Positions 58,532 to 64,000 of a stretch of 64,000 nucleotides of DNA are shown here, piece after piece (positions within the stretch are counted from its first letter, which is position 1; each line of letters starts with the position of its first letter). The stretch spans positions 960,001 to 1,024,000 of the forward strand of contig CAWKMU010000003.1 of NCBI GenBank assembly GCA_963850905.1, written 5' to 3'. The position numbers and the translations under genes are program-made. Origin of the DNA: an uncultured Gemmatimonadales bacterium. Its GTDB lineage: Bacteria; Gemmatimonadota; Gemmatimonadetes; Gemmatimonadales; Gemmatimonadaceae. The notes below the pieces were generated by a model. The model saw only the letters and a list, made by a program, of their open reading frames with translations. It made no database searches and was not told the DNA's origin.

Positions 58532-59236
58532 TCAGCGCACGATGGTGACGGGCGGCGGCACCGTGTCGAGTCCAGGGTCGTCACCGCGGCCGGCGCGGGC
58601 TGTCCCCGCGGCCGACCGCCGACCGTCAGCCCGATCCGGGAGCGTTGCGCGGCGTGGGTCCTGTTGCCCGAGCCAACCGTGCAGGAACGTGTCGAGCATG
58701 GCGTAGCCGTACTCCGTGAGGGCGGACTCGGGATGAAACTGCACGCCTGTGACCGGATGCGTGCGGTGCTCGACCGCCATGATTTCTCCGTCATCGCTCG
58801 TCGCAGTGATGCGGAGGCTGTCGGGGATGGTCGAGCGATCGATGACCAGCGAGTGATAGCGTGTCGTGTGCAGCGGCGAGGGCAGGCCGGAGAAAATGCT
58901 CGTGCCGTCATGCGTGACGCGCGACACCTTGCCGTGCATCGGGTGTCCGGCGCGGACGATGCGACCGCCGTAGGCCGCGCCAATGCATTGATGCCCAAGG
59001 CACACACCCAGAAGCGGTACCGTCGCCCCGAATCGTTGTACCACCGATGTCGAAATGCCGGCTTCCGCCGGCGTGCATGGACCGGGCGACAGGATGATGT
59101 GCGTCGGGTGCAGGGCCGCGATCTCGTCCAGGGTCATTGCGTCATGCCGGCGCACGACCGCGTCTTCCCCCAACTCGCGGACGTATCGTGCGAGGTTGAA
59201 GACGAACGAGTCGTAGTTATCGATGAGCAGGATCAT
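58532..59236 (-). CDS. pabA: Aminodeoxychorismate/anthranilate synthase component II (glutamine amidotransferase)
   Basis: 'IDNYDSF', 'SPGP', 'GVCLGHQ', 'RYHSL', 'QFHPES'. Confidence 0.9.
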   Translation of the reverse strand: MILLIDNYDSFVFNLARYVRELGEDAVVRRHDAMTLDEIAALHPTHIILSPGPCTPAEAGISTSVVQRFGATVPLLGVCLGHQCIGAAYGGRIVRAGHPMHGKVSRVTHDGTSIFSGLPSPLHTTRYHSLVIDRSTIPDSLRITATSDDGEIMAVEHRTHPVTGVQFHPESALTEYGYAMLDTFLHGWLGQQDPRRATLPDRADGRRSAAGTARAGRGDDPGLDTVPPPVTIVR

Positions 59237-60800
59237 AGTCGAGCGCGCCGATCAGCGCGCGAGCTTTGTCCAGCGTCTCATGATACTCCGCTTCGGGCTC
59301 GGAGTCGGCGACGATCCCGCCGCCAGCGGAGAAGTACGCGCGGCCGTCGCGGACCAGGTACGTCCGGATGACGATGCTGGTGTCTGCGGCACCGGTGCCG
59401 CTCACGTACCCGAGCGCGCCGCAATACACGCCGCGCCGCGACGGCTCGAGCTCGGCAATGATCTCCATCGCCCGCACCTTGGGCGCACCGGTAATCGAGC
59501 CACCGGGGAATGCTGCGCGCAGGAGATCGATTGCGTCGTTGCCATCGGCCAACTGACCAACCACGGTCGACACGAGGTGGTGCACGGTGGAATAGTGCTC
59601 GAGGGTGAACAGCTCCGGCACCCGAACCGACCCCGGACGGCACGCTTTCGAAAGGTCGTTCCTCAGCAGGTCGACGATCATCAGATTTTCCGCGCGATCC
59701 TTCTCACTCTCGGTGAGGGCTCGGCCCAGGTGCGCATCGTGCTCTGGGCCGATCCCGCGCGGAGTCGTGCCCTTGATCGGCCGCGTCTCGACGTTGCCGG
59801 CGGCATCGACGCGAATGAATCGTTCCGGTGAGGCGCTGACGATGGCGAACTGTGGCGTCTCGAAATAGGCCGCAAAGGGTGCCGGGTTGAGCGTGCGCAG
59901 ATGGCGGTAGAGCGAGATCGCGTCCACGGTGAGCGCGGCCTCGAATCGCTGGGAGAGGTTGGCCTGGAAGATGTCACCGGCCAGGATGTACTCGCGCACG
60001 CGCGCGACTGCCTCCAGGTAGCCGTGATGCGAAAACGAGGACACGAGCCCGCGGTGGCCGGGCACGGGGAAAACAGGAGGCTGTTGCCGGTCACCGCCGC
60101 TTGCGGCCCGCGGCATCGCGTTCGCCGGTGCGGGGTCTGCAGCCGGCCGCTCTGCGGCGACCATCCCATCGCCTGCGAGGCGGTGACGCACCATGGCCAG
60201 TCGTTCGCGGGCCCGCGCGCGGCGTGCATCGGGATCCGTCTCTGGGGCGCCAGTCGACAGGATCCACGCGCGGGCGGCACGATGGTCCCACGACACGACC
60301 CAGTCGTAGAGCCCGAGCACGACGTCGGGGATGTTCAGGTCATCGTGGAGCGGTCTCGGGAGCCGCTCGAGCCACGCCCCGTAGTCGTACCCGACATACC
60401 CGGCCGCCCCTCCCTGAAACGGAGGCAGTTCCGGGACCGCCTCTGCGCGGAACGGCTCCAACAGTCCGCGCACGATCAGCAGCGGGTCGTCACCGGTTTG
60501 TCCCGCGCCGTTGTCGGGCCCCGTCACCCGGAACTCGTCATCGGTCACCCGGCTGTGGCGCTTCCCTGAGCCCCGATCCCCAACCCCTAACCCCGCCGTT
60601 CTGCTCTTCACCACCGTCCGCCCATCCTTCGCGACCACGACCGTTGAAGGGTCGGCCATCAGAAACGAGTACCGCCCAAGCCGAAGCGGATCGATTGCGC
60701 TATCGAGCAGCAACGCGTACGGCAGGTCGTGCACGCGATCGAGGGCCTCGAGGGGATCAGGGAGGAGCGTGAGCTCCTCGACTTCGAGCAAGCCTCGCAC
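59217..60800 (-). CDS. pabB: Aminodeoxychorismate synthase component I
   Basis: 'GRYSF', 'GDIFQANLSQRF', 'RPIKGT', 'ENLMIVDLLRNDL', 'FPGGSITGAPK'; PIKGT and context favour PabB over TrpE. Confidence 0.85.
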   Translation of the reverse strand: MRGLLEVEELTLLPDPLEALDRVHDLPYALLLDSAIDPLRLGRYSFLMADPSTVVVAKDGRTVVKSRTAGLGVGDRGSGKRHSRVTDDEFRVTGPDNGAGQTGDDPLLIVRGLLEPFRAEAVPELPPFQGGAAGYVGYDYGAWLERLPRPLHDDLNIPDVVLGLYDWVVSWDHRAARAWILSTGAPETDPDARRARARERLAMVRHRLAGDGMVAAERPAADPAPANAMPRAASGGDRQQPPVFPVPGHRGLVSSFSHHGYLEAVARVREYILAGDIFQANLSQRFEAALTVDAISLYRHLRTLNPAPFAAYFETPQFAIVSASPERFIRVDAAGNVETRPIKGTTPRGIGPEHDAHLGRALTESEKDRAENLMIVDLLRNDLSKACRPGSVRVPELFTLEHYSTVHHLVSTVVGQLADGNDAIDLLRAAFPGGSITGAPKVRAMEIIAELEPSRRGVYCGALGYVSGTGAADTSIVIRTYLVRDGRAYFSAGGGIVADSEPEAEYHETLDKARALIGALDYDPAHR

Positions 60801-60805
60801 GGGCG

Positions 60806-62233
60806 TTACGACTCCGGCTCCGTCCGCGTTCGTCGTGCGGTCACGCGGAGGTGTTCGCGACGTGGATCCTCGACCGGCGTGAGGTATCCCCACGCCAGCG
60901 ACCCCTCCTGGCGGTATGTCTTTCCCAGCGTGATCGCGAGCTTCGCTTTCGCCAACTCCTTTCCCAGGTAGAACGCGTGGGTCGCCTCGCCGACTGCGAG
61001 CTGCGAAAAGATCTCGTGGATGTCTGTGCCGCGGACGAAGCGCTCGCTGTTGAGCACCGTAATGGTGTCGCGGTCGGTAAAAATGCGAAAATTCGCGTCG
61101 GTGATCGATGCCTGCAGCGCCCGCAACTCCGCCTCGGAGTAGGCGAGGATCGCCGGGTCCTTCACCGTCACCAGCCGGTCGTCGATGTGCTTGGGTACGC
61201 TCCGCTTCGTCACCGCGTAATGCATGAGACGCCGTGCGATGTCGATTTCACGAACCGCGCCTCGTGCCCACGGGATCACCTCAGTCGTGAGCACAGCGCG
61301 AACGCCCAGCTCCTGACAGATGGCGATGAGGAGAGCGTGTACGCCGGTCGTGTCGGCGGCGGTGAGCTCGCTGATGTTGCCGATGCCCATGAGCAGAGCG
61401 GCACCCGGATAGCGGCGATGCACTTCGGCGTATCGCTCGATCGACGCTGCGAAGCCGAAGCCGATTGGCTCGATGATCGGGTCGATGAAGTACTCGACGC
61501 CCCAGCGCTCGAGCGCTGCGATGCTTGGGTCGAGCGTCTCGATGCCCCCGCCGAAGCTCGGGATCACGACGGCGCGCGTGCCGGTGCCTGCAAGATCGCG
61601 TGCGACAGCAAGGTTGGTATCATTGACACTGAACACGAGACGGGCCCCCGCCTCGACGGCCCGGCGGATCTCATCGACATCGAAGGAGTCGACACTCACG
61701 CGCATCCCAGCCGCGACGAGCTCGCGCACGATGTCGCCCAGACCGGGAAACGTCAGACCGGGCGTGCACCCGATATCGATGACGTCCGCCCCCGAGGCGT
61801 GAAAGTACTGCGCCATGTCCATGACCTGCTTCGGCTCGAGACGCGGCGCGTTGTTGATCTCGGCGACGATCTCGATGTTCCACTCCCCATACCCAGCCAC
61901 GAGCGGCGCCCGCCCGAAGTACTCGGGGATCTCACGCAGGTCCTTCGGACCGCGGACAACCTGCGTGTCCGGACCGGCAGTCGCGATGATGCGCTCGGCG
62001 AGCGGGGCGAGGTCGCCCTCGCACAGGCCGGGGATCATCACGAGATCGACCTCGCTCGGCACCTCGAGAAAGCGGCCGATCCATGTCGTCGTCATCAGCG
62101 CGGCGACCGTGATCTTGAGGACCGCAACCGAGTAGCTGAACGATGGCGCCATCTCGGCCAACGTCGCTCGCAACGCCGGCTCGGCGAGCCGGCCCGTGAC
62201 GAAGAGCACATGGCGCGGGCCGGCCGCGGACAT
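60806..62233 (-). CDS. Dihydropteroate-synthase-like protein of methanopterin biosynthesis (Orf20/DUF6513 type)
   Basis: 'FVTGRLAE', 'VAALMT', 'GPKDLREIP', 'GADVIDIG', 'GIGNISELT', 'HAFYLGKEL', 'YRQE'. Confidence 0.8.
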   Translation of the reverse strand: MSAAGPRHVLFVTGRLAEPALRATLAEMAPSFSYSVAVLKITVAALMTTTWIGRFLEVPSEVDLVMIPGLCEGDLAPLAERIIATAGPDTQVVRGPKDLREIPEYFGRAPLVAGYGEWNIEIVAEINNAPRLEPKQVMDMAQYFHASGADVIDIGCTPGLTFPGLGDIVRELVAAGMRVSVDSFDVDEIRRAVEAGARLVFSVNDTNLAVARDLAGTGTRAVVIPSFGGGIETLDPSIAALERWGVEYFIDPIIEPIGFGFAASIERYAEVHRRYPGAALLMGIGNISELTAADTTGVHALLIAICQELGVRAVLTTEVIPWARGAVREIDIARRLMHYAVTKRSVPKHIDDRLVTVKDPAILAYSEAELRALQASITDANFRIFTDRDTITVLNSERFVRGTDIHEIFSQLAVGEATHAFYLGKELAKAKLAITLGKTYRQEGSLAWGYLTPVEDPRREHLRVTARRTRTEPES

Positions 62234-62244
62234 GGGAAGGCCGG

Positions 62245-62607
62245 TCAGCGCCGATCGCCGCTCTGTACGAACTTCTTTGGATTGCCCTCGAGCGCGCCAC
62301 CGACAGCCGGACGCCACAGGACGCTCTCTTCGATCTTGCGGGCAAGATCGAAGTCTTTGTCGGTGATGCCGCCGGCGCTGTGTGTCTGGAGCTTCACGCC
62401 GACCCGCGCCCAGGTGACGCTCAGGTCAGGGTGATGGTTGGCCGCCTCGGCGACGAACGCGATGGCATTCACGAGCATGAGCGTGATCGGCCATCCGTCT
62501 GTCTTGTAGTAGCGGCGGATCCATCCGTCCTCATAGTACCAGCCCGGCAACGTCGCGAGCTTGGTCTCGATTTCCTGCTCGGTGAGCGTCAGTTCGAGTT
62601 TAGACAT
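62245..62607 (-). CDS. phhB: Pterin-4a-carbinolamine dehydratase
   Basis: 'AEAANHHPDL', 'THSAGGITDKDFDLARKI'. Confidence 0.88.
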   Translation of the reverse strand: MSKLELTLTEQEIETKLATLPGWYYEDGWIRRYYKTDGWPITLMLVNAIAFVAEAANHHPDLSVTWARVGVKLQTHSAGGITDKDFDLARKIEESVLWRPAVGGALEGNPKKFVQSGDRR

Positions 62608-62616
62608 GGAGGGAAC

Positions 62617-62778
62617 CCTGGACGTTAGACGTTGGACGCTCGACGCTAGGCCTTGGACGCTGGACGTTGGACGTTGGACGTTGGACGCTAGACGTTGGAG
62701 GACAAACGTGAAGTCAACTAAGTCCGCCGTCGCTGGCCCTCGAAGTTGTTCCAGCGTCCAGCGCCTAACGTCTAGCCC
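62617..62778. repeat. Heptamer-armed palindromic element (TRGACGY arms, ~11 left copies, 37-bp core)
   Basis: GACAAAC 62701-62707, core 62708-62744, GTTGTTC; right arm contains the SDR stop codon. Confidence 0.85.
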
Positions 62779-63569
62779 ATGACCACCCCACCGTTCACAA
62801 AGATAGTCTGGCCTGTCAGAAAGGCCGCGGCGGGCGAGGCCAGATACACTGCGGCAGCTGCGACGTCGTCGGGAGTTCCCCAGCGCCCAAGTGGCGTGGC
62901 TGCGGCGACCGAGTGGCGGCGAGTCTCGTCCAGCTCGCTCGCAAACGCCGTGTCGATCCAGCCCGGGGCGAGCACATTGACGCGGACCTTCGGCGCAACA
63001 GAGCGCGCGAGAGACTTGCTGAAGGCAAGCACGCCTCCCTTCACAGCCGCAAACATCTGCGGGTTCCGGCCTTCCATGCCTGTGAGCACATGGTCCCAGC
63101 TCATGTTGATGATGAGACCGCCCGCCGGCTGTGCTTCGAGGGTGCGCGCTGCATGCCACGACGCGATGATTGTTCCTCGCAGGTCGACGGCCAACAGGAG
63201 ATCGAGCTTAGCGGTCGCAGGGAGATCCGCGCCAGGTCCGGTCAGGATGTCGGCGCCGGCATTGTTGATCCACACGTCGATCTTGCCGAGGTCACGGTCG
63301 AATGCACGCGTGAGCTCGTGCAGGCTGTGCTCGACCAGCGCGCCGTCCGCCAGGTCGAGTCGTGTGACGGTTGCGCGTCGGCCTGACCGACGAATCATCG
63401 CTGCCGTTTCCTGGCCTCCGGCTTCGTCGTGCGCGAACGTGAGCGCGACGTCGGCACCGGCAGCCGCGGCCGCGACGCCGATGGCGCGGCCGATGCCACT
63501 CGACGCACCGGTCACGAGAACGGTGAGACCGGCGAGGGAAAAGGGAGGCGCGTTAGGTATGGCAGGCAT
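62772..63569 (-). CDS. SDR-family oxidoreductase with atypical active site
   Basis: 'TGASSGIG', 'NNAG', 'VNVLAPGWIDT', 'PLGRWGTP'; FxxxK in place of YxxxK. Confidence 0.85.
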   Translation of the reverse strand: MPAIPNAPPFSLAGLTVLVTGASSGIGRAIGVAAAAAGADVALTFAHDEAGGQETAAMIRRSGRRATVTRLDLADGALVEHSLHELTRAFDRDLGKIDVWINNAGADILTGPGADLPATAKLDLLLAVDLRGTIIASWHAARTLEAQPAGGLIINMSWDHVLTGMEGRNPQMFAAVKGGVLAFSKSLARSVAPKVRVNVLAPGWIDTAFASELDETRRHSVAAATPLGRWGTPDDVAAAAVYLASPAAAFLTGQTIFVNGGVVMG

Positions 63570-63581
63570 GGCAGGTATGGC

Positions 63582-63716
63582 AGGCTAGACGCTGGACGTT
63601 GAGTATTAGACGCTGGACGCTAGACGCTAGAACTAAACACAAGGGCCTGTCACAGTGCACGGCGCCAGACCCCCGGTTAGTTCTCCAGCGTCTAGCGTCT
63701 AGCGTCCAGCGTCTAT
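63582..63716. repeat. Heptamer-armed palindromic element (TRGACGY arms, 38-bp core)
   Basis: AACTAAA 63631-63637, core 63638-63675, GTTAGTT 63676-63682; core resembles the 34598 core in reverse and the 21317 hairpin. Confidence 0.85.
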
Positions 63717-63727
63717 TGTTTCCCCCC

Positions 63728-64000
63728 ATGCGTCTCCTGATCAGCGTCCGCAACGCGGACGAGGCGGCAGTCGCGGTCGACGCGGGGGCCGACATCGTCG
63801 ACGCCAAGGATCCGGCGCAGGGTGCGCTGGGGCCCGTGACTGCCGATGCACTCGCCGCGATCGCGAGGGCCGTGGCTGGCAGGCGGCCGGTGAGCGCCGC
63901 CCTCGGCGATCTGGGCACCGATCACCCTGCGATCGCGATCCAGGCCGCGGCGTGTGCTGCGGCGCGAGCCGGCGTCACCGTAGCGAAAGTGGGTGTCGAT
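63728..64000 (+). CDS. mfnB: (5-formylfuran-3-yl)methyl phosphate synthase (methanofuran biosynthesis), 3'-truncated by window edge
   Basis: MRLLISVRNADEAAVAVDAGADIVDAKDPAQGALG...PVSAALGD...AKVG, read manually (not in the ORF track). Confidence 0.85.
   Translation, partial: MRLLISVRNADEAAVAVDAGADIVDAKDPAQGALGPVTADALAAIARAVAGRRPVSAALGDLGTDHPAIAIQAAACAAARAGVTVAKVGVD

Noticed and set aside
57628..59007. 459-aa ORF as a PabA-PabC fusion
   Set aside because: Its N-terminal part is out of frame with pabA and non-homologous; only the C-terminal part is real PabC sequence
60851..62434. Long antisense ORFs (this one, 48893-50206, 56331-57638, 29936-31030 and similar)
   Set aside because: Shadow frames of well-supported genes, expected at high GC; Arg/Ala-rich with no motifs
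63555..63584. 9-bp tandem repeat (GGYATGGCA x3) at the SDR start as a phase-variation tract
   Set aside because: Unit length is a multiple of 3 and copy number is low, so slippage would not shift the frame
6735..63716. Heptamer elements as a CRISPR array or integron attC sites (37-40 bp spacer-like cores; AAC...GTT ends; GTTAGAC matches GTTRRRY)
   Set aside because: Copies are dispersed rather than arrayed, arms are inverted, no cas or intI gene is present, and flanked genes include core housekeeping genes in both orientations

Overview
GC-rich bacterial chromosomal segment spanning the replication origin. Gene content and style suggest Gemmatimonadota (inference only). Core origin-region genes: mnmG, parA/parB with three parS sites, polA, pyrE, rnpB, dnaN-oriC-dnaA, and rpmH-rnpA-yidD-yidC-mnmE. 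Accessory modules: two divergent units of a metal-binding leader ORF plus a TonB-dependent receptor (DUF2946/CruR-like, with RAPP and LGPP ends); an orphan adenine methyltransferase; two paralogous repeat lipoproteins; a nucleoside-type ABC transporter split by an inverted SusC/SusD pair; a porin-xoxF-xoxJ-cytochrome c-YVTN lanthanide methanol dehydrogenase cluster; and a pABA/methanopterin/methanofuran biosynthesis cluster. The most unusual signal is non-coding. About 20 gene boundaries carry palindromic elements made of 7-bp tandem-repeat arms of several different sequences. The arms enclose either a length-conserved 37-40 bp core bounded by AAC...GTT boxes or a ~141 bp REPIN-like element, and some arms copy flanking gene starts or ends in inverted form. 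All calls come from reading motifs by eye; no database searches were run.
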